This document shows positions 9,032 to 19,000 of a stretch of DNA of 64,000 nt, piece by piece. The position numbers were made by a program, and so were the translations under genes. The notes beneath the pieces were generated by a model. It was not told the DNA's origin and made no database searches. It was given only the letters and a program-made list of their open reading frames with translations. The stretch comes from an uncultured virus (IMG/VR IMGVR_UViG_3300042306_000801) (lineage: Duplodnaviria > Heunggongvirae > Uroviricota > Caudoviricetes), in IMG/VR virus record IMGVR_UViG_3300042306_000801; one strand, written 5' to 3'. Each line of letters begins with the position of its first letter. The first letter of the stretch is position 1.

Positions 9032-10251
9032 AATATTTTGATAAATTTAAAGGTATGCAGCCATACCTATATATAAATTCAGAAGAATGGACTTATATTA
9101 AAAAAACATTTGATGTTAATGATGTTAAAGAATCATTAGCAGAAGTGTGTATGGCATACGAATTGCCTTTTGCTGAAATAAGTGAAGATGATGCTAGAAA
9201 AGAATATCTTGCATTAAAAGGTATTCGTTGGAATGAATTATTTACCGAAGGTGAATGGTTTCCAAGAAAGGCATCAGATTTTAGATACTCTTTAGATTTT
9301 CAAGGTAAACCACAATACATTCGTAGATTAAATACCGGAAATGATGCATCAAATCATTTTCAACAAGCAAATCGTTGGAGTGTAGATGGAACGGTATCAC
9401 CTGGACCTTCTAGAACTTGGGCAAGCAAAGAATTTATGACAACTCTAATGGGTGGGTTATATACTCTTAAATTTGATGAAGTTGGTAGAAACCAATTAAG
9501 AGTGTGTTTAAGTTTGAGAAAATATATTTGTTCTCAATTTAAACCAAATGCAGCAAAAGTATTGTATGATTTTTATGCAGCTAAAAATGTATTAGATATA
9601 TCAGCGGGATGGGGTGATAGATTATGTGGATTCTTTGCATCTGAAAATGGTGAACATTATGTAGGAATAGACCCTAGAAAAGAAAATCATCCAATATATC
9701 GTAAACAGGCCGAATTCTATACTAAACACAATTCATTCTTTGAAACTGAAAAGAAAGCTGATTTTATAGAATCACCGGCGGAAGATGCAGATTTAACTCA
9801 ATATAAAGAGCACTTTGATATTGTATTTAGTTCACCACCGTATTTCAACGTAGAGAGATATTCTTACGATGATACTCAAAGTTGGGTTAGATATAAAAAT
9901 ATTGATGCTTGGAATAAAGAGTTTTTACATAAAACAATTGCAAACGTTTGGCCTACTTTAAAGAAAGGTGGTATCCTCGCAGTTAATATTGCAGATGTAT
10001 ATGCAAGTTCCAAAGGAGATGGTAAAGGTTATAAAGAGATATGTAATCCAATGAATGATTTTATTCAAACATTAGGTGCAGAATACGAAGGATGTTTGGG
10101 AATGGAAATGGCGAAAAGACCTGGTAGTGCTGGAGCGGGTTCTATCATAGAAGGAGATGAGGAAAGATATAGCGAAGAAGCTTTGAAAAAGGCGGAAGAA
10201 GCCGGTGATAAAACATTTTGTGAACCTATTTGGATTTGGAAAAAATTATGA
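9022..10251 (+). CDS. DNA amino-methyltransferase-like protein (SPPY type), paralogue 1
   Basis: VLDISAGWGDR (SAM-binding motif I), GIDP, FSSPPYFNVERY (motif IV), LKKGG..AVNIAD, EPIWIW. Confidence 0.8.
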   Translation: MYLEYFDKFKGMQPYLYINSEEWTYIKKTFDVNDVKESLAEVCMAYELPFAEISEDDARKEYLALKGIRWNELFTEGEWFPRKASDFRYSLDFQGKPQYIRRLNTGNDASNHFQQANRWSVDGTVSPGPSRTWASKEFMTTLMGGLYTLKFDEVGRNQLRVCLSLRKYICSQFKPNAAKVLYDFYAAKNVLDISAGWGDRLCGFFASENGEHYVGIDPRKENHPIYRKQAEFYTKHNSFFETEKKADFIESPAEDADLTQYKEHFDIVFSSPPYFNVERYSYDDTQSWVRYKNIDAWNKEFLHKTIANVWPTLKKGGILAVNIADVYASSKGDGKGYKEICNPMNDFIQTLGAEYEGCLGMEMAKRPGSAGAGSIIEGDEERYSEEALKKAEEAGDKTFCEPIWIWKKL

Positions 10252-11462
10252 TAAAAGAATACTTCAAAAAATTTTATGGGATGGAGCCGTATCTTCGTAT
10301 TGAAAAAGACGAATGGCAAACTATTCTCAAAACTTATACGAAAGAAGAAATCATAGATGAACTTTCAGAAGTATTGCATACATACCCACCACCAATACCA
10401 ACTATCACAGAAGAAGATACGTTAGATGCTTATAAAAAATTAAAAGGAACTTGGTGGCCTGATATTTTAGTAGAAGGTAAATGGTTTCCGCGTAATGAAA
10501 GAGTATCAAAGTATCCATTAACTTATGATGGTTCTGAATATTATTTTAGAAGAACTAATGTAGGTAATAATGCATCCAATCCATTTCATATAGAAAATCG
10601 TTGGAAGGTTGATTGGGTTAGAACACCATCGGGTTGGAAAACTTGGCAAACGGTAGAAGGTATTAAAACAATCGTAAGAGCATACTTTACTTTGGATAAA
10701 ATGTTATTGGATGTAAATTTGGAAACTCTTAAAATGGCAACTACATTAAGAAAGTATGTTGCATCACAATTTAAACCTGTTATTGCAAAAGCATTCTATG
10801 ATAAGTTTCAAAGTAAAAATGTTATGGATTTTTCAGCAGGATGGGGTGACCGTTTAGCTGGATTCTTTGCAGGAGAAACAACAAAGTTTTATTTAGGTAT
10901 TGACCCAAATAGTAGTAATCATCCTAACTATCAAAAACAAATTGAGTTCTATAAAAAACATACAACATTCTTTGAAGAAGATAAAGATGCAAAGATGTTA
11001 CAAGCGGCGGCTGAAGATGTAGATTATTCAGAGTATGAAAACTTCTTTGATACAATCTTTACTTCACCACCGTATTTTAATACGGAAAGATACAGCTTTG
11101 ATGATACTCAAAGTTGGATTAGATATAAAAAGTTTGATGATTGGAACAAAGGGTTCTTTCATACAACATTAGACAAAATTATACCAACCTTAAAAAAAGG
11201 TGGAATACTGGCAATCAATATTGCGGATGTATTTTCTGCACCTGATAAGGGGTATGTGGACATAGTTAATTCTATGAACGATTTCCTTCAATCCAGAGGG
11301 TTAATTTATAAAGGGTGTATTGGTATGGAAATGACAAAAAGACCCAATAGTGGGGGTGCTGGGATGGCTGTATCGGAATATTACTCCGATGAATTGAAGG
11401 AAAAGGCTGAAGAAACAAAAAACCACGCATTTGGAGAACCAATATGGATTTGGGAAAAATAA
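10248..11462 (+). CDS. DNA amino-methyltransferase-like protein (SPPY type), paralogue 2
   Basis: VMDFSAGWGDR, GIDPN, FTSPPYFNTERY, EPIWIW. Collinear with paralogue 1, with an ATGA start/stop overlap at 10248-10251. Confidence 0.8.
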   Translation: MIKEYFKKFYGMEPYLRIEKDEWQTILKTYTKEEIIDELSEVLHTYPPPIPTITEEDTLDAYKKLKGTWWPDILVEGKWFPRNERVSKYPLTYDGSEYYFRRTNVGNNASNPFHIENRWKVDWVRTPSGWKTWQTVEGIKTIVRAYFTLDKMLLDVNLETLKMATTLRKYVASQFKPVIAKAFYDKFQSKNVMDFSAGWGDRLAGFFAGETTKFYLGIDPNSSNHPNYQKQIEFYKKHTTFFEEDKDAKMLQAAAEDVDYSEYENFFDTIFTSPPYFNTERYSFDDTQSWIRYKKFDDWNKGFFHTTLDKIIPTLKKGGILAINIADVFSAPDKGYVDIVNSMNDFLQSRGLIYKGCIGMEMTKRPNSGGAGMAVSEYYSDELKEKAEETKNHAFGEPIWIWEK

Positions 11463-11463
11463 A

Positions 11464-11495
11464 TTTGGTAGATTCAATAAAATATCGTATATTTG
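11464..11495 (+). promoter_or_regulatory. Bacteroidota-type promoter
   Basis: TTTG at 11464-11467, N20, TATATTTG at 11488-11495; identical over 36 nt to the copy at 43770-43805. Confidence 0.75.
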
Positions 11496-11527
11496 TATTC
11501 ACAATTTAAAATTTAAACATAAACAAA

Positions 11528-12247
11528 ATGAACAAAGCAAAATTAACAAGATTTATCCAAAAGTATAGTTTGGGTGGATTAGTAGAATCAGTTGCATGGA
11601 AAACGGAAGATAACAAATTAGTTACTCGTTTCATATCCGATGACAAAACTGTATTGGGTGAAATTCAATTAGATAATTTCACATTTAGTGCACCTGATTT
11701 AGGAGTGTACACAACATCAGCATTATCAAAATTACTTTCGGTAGTTGGTGAAGATATTGAGTTGGAAGCACAAGAAATTGAAGGTAAAGCTGTAAACCTT
11801 TTCGTTAAAAGCGAAAACACAAAGGTTCAGTTTCAATTGGCAGATTTGGCAGTTATTCCAAATGTACCAGATTTGAAAAAACTTCCTGATTTTGATGTTG
11901 ATATTAATTTTGATGGTGCGTTTATTGATAAATTTATCAAAGCTAAAAACGCATTGAGTGATGTTGATACATTTACTATTCTTACTGAAAAGAAAGAATT
12001 AAAAGTTGTATTGGGTTATTCAAATATTAACTCAAATAGAGTTGTGTTCGTAGTTGATAAAGCATATGCAGGTGATGTTAAACCAATTTCTTTCTCAGCA
12101 AAGTATTTGAAAGAAATCTTAACTGCAAATAAAGAGGCAACTGCGGTTGTACTTAAAGTATCAACACAAGGTATTTCGCACGTTGAATTTAAAATTGATG
12201 ATTTCACTGCAAAATATTACCTAGTAGAACAACAATTAACTGCATAA
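11528..12247 (+). CDS. Sliding clamp (T4 gp45 / PCNA-like)
   Basis: 239-aa beta-rich protein with FSAKYLKEIL and C-terminal AKYYLVE, in a replisome context near PolB and the clamp loader. Confidence 0.7.
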   Translation: MNKAKLTRFIQKYSLGGLVESVAWKTEDNKLVTRFISDDKTVLGEIQLDNFTFSAPDLGVYTTSALSKLLSVVGEDIELEAQEIEGKAVNLFVKSENTKVQFQLADLAVIPNVPDLKKLPDFDVDINFDGAFIDKFIKAKNALSDVDTFTILTEKKELKVVLGYSNINSNRVVFVVDKAYAGDVKPISFSAKYLKEILTANKEATAVVLKVSTQGISHVEFKIDDFTAKYYLVEQQLTA

Positions 12248-13818
12248 TGAGTTTTAATTACAAAAAGAAATATTTCTACGAAAAGAATGACTGGTTGTAC
12301 GAACCGGAAGTAAACTTATTATATGAAGATGTTCTTAAAATGCCATTCGCCGATTTTGAAAGGTGGGTGGCATTTTTTAGAGAACTTGCAGTAAGAGTTT
12401 GGAATGAAACCGGAGCACCACCGAGAATCGGTGTTGATGAGGGTGAAATGATTGAACAATTTTCTAAACTACAAACTTACAAAGTAGAAAAGTTTGAAGA
12501 AAAAGATGATGACGGAAACGAAGTCATCTTTAACTTCAATAAGTTTGCAACACCAGTTAATCAATTCTTTCCTGCGATGTATAAGACGGGAATCGGTGGT
12601 TCGGCTTATGATAAGCCAAAACCATCAATCTACGATGTATTCGCAGATGATGCCTATTTGCCAGAATTTGTAAAACAAATGAGAAGATTAACTAGGCAAG
12701 ATGGCATGTATCGTTTTTCTAAAACCTTACATTTAGATAATCCAGAATTTCATAATTCACATATCCAAAGTGGTAAAGAGTGGATTGAAAAATGGGCAGC
12801 GGGTAATAAGAAAGAAGGATATGGATTTTGTTTATCACAAGCGGATAGCAAAGTTCCATCACCGCCAATTACTGCACAAGAAGTTAAAGACCTTTATGCA
12901 GCTGGTATATTGAAGTATGAAAACATATCTTCATTAAAAACTGCGGATTGGGGTGAGAATATTGATAATTTAGTTGATGTTCCAAAACAACCAATTCAGA
13001 TTAAGATATACCCATTAGGACAAAGAATATTTCCTGAAGCAACTGCTGCATTTCGTATCGGTATGGGTACACAGGCGGTTGTAAACTTCCCACCACTTAC
13101 TGCAAAATATCTTTATAAAAGATTTACGGAACATATTAAAGAACAGGATGTAATTAACATCTATGACCCATCAGCGGGTTGGGGTGGTAGGATATTAGGA
13201 GCATTAAGTCTTGATGATAGAAATATTCATTACATAGGAAATGACCCTAATACCGAAAACTATATTTCAGAAATCGGTAAGACTCGTTATGAGTATCTTG
13301 CGGAGTTCTTTAATAATAAAGTACCGGGTGCGGCTAATCCTTTTTGGGGACACGCTAATACATACGAAATCTTTACAACTGGTTCTGAAATTATTAAAGA
13401 TGAACCGAGATTTCAAAAGTATAAAGGTAAATTAGATTTTGCATTTACTTCTCCACCATACTTTGATAGAGAAAGATATTCTGATGATGATACACAATCA
13501 TTTAAGAAATTTGGTAACTATGAAAGTTGGAGAGATGGATTTTTAAGACCAACATTAGAAACTATATATGAGTATCTTCGTAATGACCGTTATGTATGTT
13601 GGAATATTGCTGATATTAAAGTTGGTCCTGATAAGTTTTATCCATTGGAGCAAGATAGTATTGATATACTTACTCAATTAGGATGTGAGTATAAAGGCAA
13701 ATTAAGAATGACAATGAGTCCAATGACAGGAATGGATTTATCTAAAGCGAAAAATTGTATGCAGATTGAAGGGCAATTTTATAAGTACGAACCAATTTTT
13801 ATATTTTATAAACCATAA
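12247..13818 (+). CDS. DNA amino-methyltransferase-like protein (SPPY type), paralogue 3 (longer N-terminus)
   Basis: IYDPSAGWGGR, GNDPN, FTSPPYFDRERY, WNIAD, EPIFIF. Located between the clamp and polymerase genes. Confidence 0.8.
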   Translation: MSFNYKKKYFYEKNDWLYEPEVNLLYEDVLKMPFADFERWVAFFRELAVRVWNETGAPPRIGVDEGEMIEQFSKLQTYKVEKFEEKDDDGNEVIFNFNKFATPVNQFFPAMYKTGIGGSAYDKPKPSIYDVFADDAYLPEFVKQMRRLTRQDGMYRFSKTLHLDNPEFHNSHIQSGKEWIEKWAAGNKKEGYGFCLSQADSKVPSPPITAQEVKDLYAAGILKYENISSLKTADWGENIDNLVDVPKQPIQIKIYPLGQRIFPEATAAFRIGMGTQAVVNFPPLTAKYLYKRFTEHIKEQDVINIYDPSAGWGGRILGALSLDDRNIHYIGNDPNTENYISEIGKTRYEYLAEFFNNKVPGAANPFWGHANTYEIFTTGSEIIKDEPRFQKYKGKLDFAFTSPPYFDRERYSDDDTQSFKKFGNYESWRDGFLRPTLETIYEYLRNDRYVCWNIADIKVGPDKFYPLEQDSIDILTQLGCEYKGKLRMTMSPMTGMDLSKAKNCMQIEGQFYKYEPIFIFYKP

Positions 13819-13826
13819 CATAATAG

Positions 13827-16379
13827 ATGTATCAAAACATTTTCTTTGAAAGAAATAGAAACTTAATTCATTTGTGGGATGACACTTTAGGGTATCGCAC
13901 ATTTCCATATAAAAAATATGCATATGTTAAAGACCCAAATGGGGAATATCAATCTATGCATGGTGACCGTTTAAGTAAAGTATTTAAATGGGAAAAGGAT
14001 AGTGGTGAGGAATTATTTGAATCAGATGTACCGGAAACCACCAGAGTATTAGTAGACCTATATGGGGATGATACTCCATCTAAAGGTCATATTGTTTTAA
14101 CTTTTGACATTGAGGTAGAAATGATAACAGGACTTCCAAACATTGAAAAAGCCGAAAACGAAATTACTTCAATAGCAGCGTATGATGATGCCACAAAAGA
14201 GTATCATGTATTCGTTGTAGATAAAAAAGGTAAGGTAAACGGTAAATCGTTTCAAAAAGACGGTAGAGATGTGCATGTTCATATCTTTGGTAGTGAGCGT
14301 GAATTGTTGATGAAATACTTAACTTATGTTGAAAGTGTAAACGCAACGATTTGGACGGGATGGAATATTGATTTCTTTGACGTTCCATATCTTTATAATC
14401 GTATTAAGAATGTATGTGGCGAAAATCAAGCCAATCGTTTATCTTGTATAGGTAAAACATATTGGTCACCTTATCGTAATCGTTATAGTATTGCGGGTGT
14501 GAGTATTATGGACTATATCGGTTTGTATAAACGATACAACTTTGGTTTAGAGAGTTCATATACTCTTAATCATATCGCTATGAAAGAATTGGGTAGAGGT
14601 AAGGTTGAATATGAGGGAAGTTTGGATGACTTATTTGAGGATGATTTAGAAAAGTTTATTGAATATAACATTACTGACGTTGAGTTGGTGGTATCAATGG
14701 ATACCAAACTTCAGTTTATTGAATTAAGTAGAGCGATTTGTCATTCTGGATTTACACCATATGAAGATTATATTTTCTCATCAAAGTATTTGGAAGGAGC
14801 TTGTTTAGCTTATCTTAAAAAGAAAGGATTGGTAGCACCTAATAAGCCAAAGAATCACAAAGATAAACTTGCAGAACAGGCTGAAGCTGGTGAAGAAAAA
14901 TTTATTGGGGCATATGTTAAAGAACCAATTGTTGGTAAGTATGATTGGATTTATGACTTGGACTTAACATCTCTATATCCATCAATCATTATGACCTTAA
15001 ATATCTCACCTGAAACAAAGGTTGGTAAGATTTCAAATTGGGATCCTGAATCTTGGGTTAGGGGTGAAGATAGACAATATACGATTGTTGGTAAAACAAA
15101 AGAGTTTACATATAATAGAAAAGAATTAGAAGAAGTAATTAGAGATAATCAATTAGGTGTTGCTGCAAATGGTGTGTTATATACACAAAAGAAACCTGGT
15201 TTGATTGCAGATATTTTAGATACTTGGTTTAAACAAAGGGTTGAGTTCAGAAAGTTGGAGAAGAAGTATGGTGAGGCGGGTGATACTGAAAAATATGAAT
15301 TCTATGGTAAGAGGCAGTTGGTACAAAAGATTCTTTTGAACTCAATGTATGGTGTGTTAGGACTTGTTGCATTTAGATTCTATGATATTGATAATGCAGA
15401 AGCAGTAACGATTACCGGTCAAACTGTAATTAAGAAAACTGCCGAAATGGCAAATCTTAAATACCAAAAAGAGTTGGGTACAAAAGACGATTATAATGTT
15501 TACATTGATACCGATTCAATTTATATGATGGCAGAACCTTTGGTTAAATTTAGGTATCCTGAATATAAAACATTTGACCAAACTAGAATGGCATCTGAAG
15601 TTAATATCGTTGCAGAAGAAACTCAAGCATTCTTAAATTCATTTTATAACTTACTAGCGGAAAGATTCTTTTGTATTCCAAAAGAGAAACACCGCTTTGA
15701 GATTAAGAAAGAGTATATCAGTAAAGCAGGATTTTGGGTAGCAAAGAAACGATACGCACAATGGATGATTTTGAAAAATGGAATTCCGTGTGATAAGTTG
15801 GATGTTAAAGGATTGGATGTAGTTCGTTCATCATTCCCAAAAGCATTTCAGGAGTTTATGGCTAAAATGTTGAAAGATATTTTAATGGGTAAAACCAACG
15901 AAGAAATAAATGAATCACTTTTGGAATTTAAAAAGAGTATCTATACACTTCCGATAAATAAAATCGCAAAAGGTGGAGCTATTAAAGAATTGAGTAAATA
16001 CGATAAAGGTAAGTGGAGAAAAGATAGTGGATTGGCGATTGCTAATTTTGAGAAAGGAACACCTGCACACGTTAAGGCTGGAATTGCGTATAATAGATTA
16101 CTTAAATTCTTTGAATGTCCGTTTAAACATGAACCTATTAGAGATGGTGAAAAAGTTAAATGGGTATATCTTAAAAGTAATCCATTGGGAATAGATACTT
16201 TGGCATTCAAAGATTATAATGACCCAAAGGATGTATTGGATTTCATTGATAAGTACATAGATAGAGATGAAATATATAAAGCAGAATTAGAAAATAAACT
16301 AAATGACTTCTTCGGTGCTCTCAAATGGGAAATGGCATCGGTAGAATCACAAAACGCAAAAAAGTTTTTTGAATTCTAA
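13827..16379 (+). CDS. Family B DNA polymerase
   Basis: Exo I FDIE, Exo II GWNIDFFD, Exo III YNITD; DLTSLYPS, KILLNSMYG, YIDTDS, KKRY, KGLDVVRSS; C-terminal KKFFEF. Confidence 0.96.
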   Translation: MYQNIFFERNRNLIHLWDDTLGYRTFPYKKYAYVKDPNGEYQSMHGDRLSKVFKWEKDSGEELFESDVPETTRVLVDLYGDDTPSKGHIVLTFDIEVEMITGLPNIEKAENEITSIAAYDDATKEYHVFVVDKKGKVNGKSFQKDGRDVHVHIFGSERELLMKYLTYVESVNATIWTGWNIDFFDVPYLYNRIKNVCGENQANRLSCIGKTYWSPYRNRYSIAGVSIMDYIGLYKRYNFGLESSYTLNHIAMKELGRGKVEYEGSLDDLFEDDLEKFIEYNITDVELVVSMDTKLQFIELSRAICHSGFTPYEDYIFSSKYLEGACLAYLKKKGLVAPNKPKNHKDKLAEQAEAGEEKFIGAYVKEPIVGKYDWIYDLDLTSLYPSIIMTLNISPETKVGKISNWDPESWVRGEDRQYTIVGKTKEFTYNRKELEEVIRDNQLGVAANGVLYTQKKPGLIADILDTWFKQRVEFRKLEKKYGEAGDTEKYEFYGKRQLVQKILLNSMYGVLGLVAFRFYDIDNAEAVTITGQTVIKKTAEMANLKYQKELGTKDDYNVYIDTDSIYMMAEPLVKFRYPEYKTFDQTRMASEVNIVAEETQAFLNSFYNLLAERFFCIPKEKHRFEIKKEYISKAGFWVAKKRYAQWMILKNGIPCDKLDVKGLDVVRSSFPKAFQEFMAKMLKDILMGKTNEEINESLLEFKKSIYTLPINKIAKGGAIKELSKYDKGKWRKDSGLAIANFEKGTPAHVKAGIAYNRLLKFFECPFKHEPIRDGEKVKWVYLKSNPLGIDTLAFKDYNDPKDVLDFIDKYIDRDEIYKAELENKLNDFFGALKWEMASVESQNAKKFFEF

Positions 16380-16398
16380 ACTTTTTTTCGTATATTTG
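16368..16398 (+). promoter_or_regulatory. Bacteroidota-type promoter
   Basis: TTTG at 16368-16371, N19, TATATTTG at 16391-16398. Confidence 0.65.
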
Positions 16399-16417
16399 TA
16401 AAACAAAATAAAATAAT

Positions 16418-16810
16418 ATGGCAAAGGCTAAAAAAACAAAAAAAGAAGAAGTAGTTGAACTAGAGCCGATTGGTGAAGTTAAACTAGAACAAAAAAAATA
16501 TGAAGATTGTGAATGGTGTTTCCAATTTGACGAAGATGAACCACAAGTGTTTGCTTGGACTGATCCTGAAATTAGTGCAGATGAGAATCCTAAAATCATT
16601 TTTGAAATAACTAATGGGGAAAATTCATATATCACATTCACAAACGGTAAATCAGGAAAAACATTTAAAATTTACGCTAGAGAAATTTCAGATGCTGGAA
16701 AAGAAATGAGAGAAGCTCAAAGACAGGCATTTAAAAACTCTCAAGCTGATTTAGAAAACTTTGATAAAAACATGGAAGATTATGCAAGTGAAAATAAAGA
16801 AACTGAATAG
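16418..16810 (+). CDS. Hypothetical protein
   Basis: 130-aa ORF following a promoter; no recognisable motif. Confidence 0.6.
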   Translation: MAKAKKTKKEEVVELEPIGEVKLEQKKYEDCEWCFQFDEDEPQVFAWTDPEISADENPKIIFEITNGENSYITFTNGKSGKTFKIYAREISDAGKEMREAQRQAFKNSQADLENFDKNMEDYASENKETE

Positions 16811-17246
16811 TAACGCAGTAATTCCAACATACGCAAAAGATGGCGATGCTGGAATGGATTTAGTAGCAACTGAAATCCTTAAAGATACACCTGAACAAAT
16901 CACATATGGAACAGGATTGGCAATGGAAATTCCTAAAGGATTTGTAGGATTAGTATTTCCTCGTTCATCAATCAGAAAAACTGGTTTACAATTAAGTAAT
17001 TCGGTTGGTGTAATTGATAGTGGGTATAGAGGTGAACTACAAGCTACCTTTAATAAAATATTTGGTGGTGAAGGGTTTTATGATGAAACGGTAGAAACTA
17101 AAGTTCCTGTTAATGACTTTTATAAAGTAGGAGACCGTATCGCACAAATTATGATTATTCCACATCCTGAAATTGAGTTTAATGAAGTAGATGAATTATC
17201 AAATACAGAAAGAGGTGAAGGTGGATTCGGCTCAACTGGAAATTAA
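16782..17246 (+). CDS. dut: Trimeric dUTPase
   Basis: AGMDL, PRSS, GVIDSGYRGE, GDRIAQ, RGEGGFGSTG; ATG at 16782. Confidence 0.96.
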   Translation: MQVKIKKLNSNAVIPTYAKDGDAGMDLVATEILKDTPEQITYGTGLAMEIPKGFVGLVFPRSSIRKTGLQLSNSVGVIDSGYRGELQATFNKIFGGEGFYDETVETKVPVNDFYKVGDRIAQIMIIPHPEIEFNEVDELSNTERGEGGFGSTGN

Positions 17247-17257
17247 AAAATAAAAAT

Positions 17258-18199
17258 ATGTTTGAATTTAAAGAAGAAGAACAAATAAATCATTCACTTT
17301 GGGTAGAAAAATATCGCCCATCTAAATTGGATGATTATGTTGGTAATGAACATTTGAAAAATAAAGTAGCAGGTTATATAGAAACCGAAGATGTACCACA
17401 TCTTTTGTTCTTTGGAAAAGCCGGTACTGGTAAAACAACATTGGCGAAATTGATTATCAAATCAATTGATTGTGATTATATGATTCTAAACGCATCAGAT
17501 GAAAACAACGTTGAAACTGTAAGAACCAAAGTAAAGAATTTTGCATCATCTATGGGATTCAAAAAGTATAAAATTATTATACTTGATGAGTTTGATTATA
17601 TGACTCCAAACGCACAAGCGATTTTGAGAAACTTAATGGAAACATTTAGTAAACATTGTAGATTCATTTTGACGTGTAACTATGTTGAAAAAATTATTGA
17701 ACCTATTCAAAGCCGTTGTCAAACTTTTCAAATAACTCCACCTACTAAAAAAGATGTAGCTATTCAGATGAGTAAGATTTTAAGAGCAGAAGATGTTCAG
17801 TTTGACCCAAAAGATTTAGTTCCGATTATTGATTCTTCTTATCCCGATATTCGTAAGATTATTAATACTTGTCAATTAAACTCTCTTAAAGGTAAATTGC
17901 AAGTAGATGTTCAAAATCTTTTAGAGAATGATTACAAAATGAAAGTTTTGGAAATTCTTAAATCAAAAGATGATAAGAGAAACAAATATATGAATGTTAG
18001 ACAAGCTATTTTAGATTCAAAGGCAACTGATTTTTCTGACCTTTATACATTACTATATGATAAGGTTGACGAATATGCGGGAGAAAATACAGCAAACGTT
18101 ATTCTTGTATTAGGAGATGGAGTAGCTAAATCAGCAGTAGCAATTGATAAAGAAATTATTGCAGCGGCAACATTAATTCAAATTTTAAATTTAATATAA
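17258..18199 (+). CDS. Clamp loader ATPase subunit (gp44 / RFC small subunit-like)
   Basis: WVEKYRP, GKAGTGKT, LNASD, ILDEFD, QSRC. Confidence 0.93.
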   Translation: MFEFKEEEQINHSLWVEKYRPSKLDDYVGNEHLKNKVAGYIETEDVPHLLFFGKAGTGKTTLAKLIIKSIDCDYMILNASDENNVETVRTKVKNFASSMGFKKYKIIILDEFDYMTPNAQAILRNLMETFSKHCRFILTCNYVEKIIEPIQSRCQTFQITPPTKKDVAIQMSKILRAEDVQFDPKDLVPIIDSSYPDIRKIINTCQLNSLKGKLQVDVQNLLENDYKMKVLEILKSKDDKRNKYMNVRQAILDSKATDFSDLYTLLYDKVDEYAGENTANVILVLGDGVAKSAVAIDKEIIAAATLIQILNLI

Positions 18200-18200
18200 T

Positions 18201-18512
18201 ATGGCAAACATTATTGGACAAGGTGAAATTCCACAAATGCCAGGAGGACAACCTAAAGTAGATATTTCACAATCGTTACCTATGGTATGTGAAAGTTGTG
18301 GTTATGATAAATTCATATCAACTGTAAAAGTTAGAAGATTATCAAAGTTATCATTTGGTGGAGCACAAGATATGGTTATTCCATTTGATTTATTCATATG
18401 TGGAAGTTGTGGTGAAGAATTTGAACCACTAAAACCAATTGAATTAAGAGCATTGGAAGCAAAAGATAAATTATCATCTCAACCAAAAATAGATTTAGAT
18501 ACAAATGCCTAA
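18201..18512 (+). CDS. Zinc-ribbon protein
   Basis: CESCG...CGSCG. Confidence 0.6.
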   Translation: MANIIGQGEIPQMPGGQPKVDISQSLPMVCESCGYDKFISTVKVRRLSKLSFGGAQDMVIPFDLFICGSCGEEFEPLKPIELRALEAKDKLSSQPKIDLDTNA

Positions 18513-18954
18513 AGGATTATTTGACCATATCAACGCAATTACAAAAGACCAGGACCCAAAGTATTGGGATAAGCTAGATGATGCGGATAAAAAGACTTGG
18601 AGTAACTGGTTAATTCTTCGCTATATGTCTATGAATCCTGATTGGATAGAGATGATAGCAGAGATACAACCCTATATTCAAGAAGCACCACCAAAAGCAG
18701 TTTATAAAGCACTTATTGGTGTTATACCAAAGGGTAAAACTTATCTTCGTTATATGAAGGGCAAATCGGTAAAAGATTATGAACAATGGATTATTGATTT
18801 GGTAGCTAAATGGTACGAAGTTTCTACAAAAGAAGCATCTGAATATCTTGATATATTATATGAAAGTACCACCGGTAGAGAGGAAATCAAAAGAATTGCC
18901 GAAGCATATGGTACAGAACCCAAGTTAATTACCAAGTTAAAACTCAAAGTTTAA
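18505..18954 (+). CDS. Probable clamp loader small subunit (gp62-like)
   Basis: LFDHINAI, RYMSM and YEVSTKEASEYLDIL patterns; close to the clamp-loader ATPase gene. Confidence 0.6.
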   Translation: MPKGLFDHINAITKDQDPKYWDKLDDADKKTWSNWLILRYMSMNPDWIEMIAEIQPYIQEAPPKAVYKALIGVIPKGKTYLRYMKGKSVKDYEQWIIDLVAKWYEVSTKEASEYLDILYESTTGREEIKRIAEAYGTEPKLITKLKLKV

Positions 18955-18986
18955 TTTGGTAATATCACCATTTTTTCGTATCTTTA
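18955..18986 (+). promoter_or_regulatory. Bacteroidota-type promoter (TATCTTTA variant)
   Basis: TTTG at 18955-18958, N20, TATCTTTA at 18979-18986. Confidence 0.65.
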
Positions 18987-19000
18987 TATAAATCAAACAA

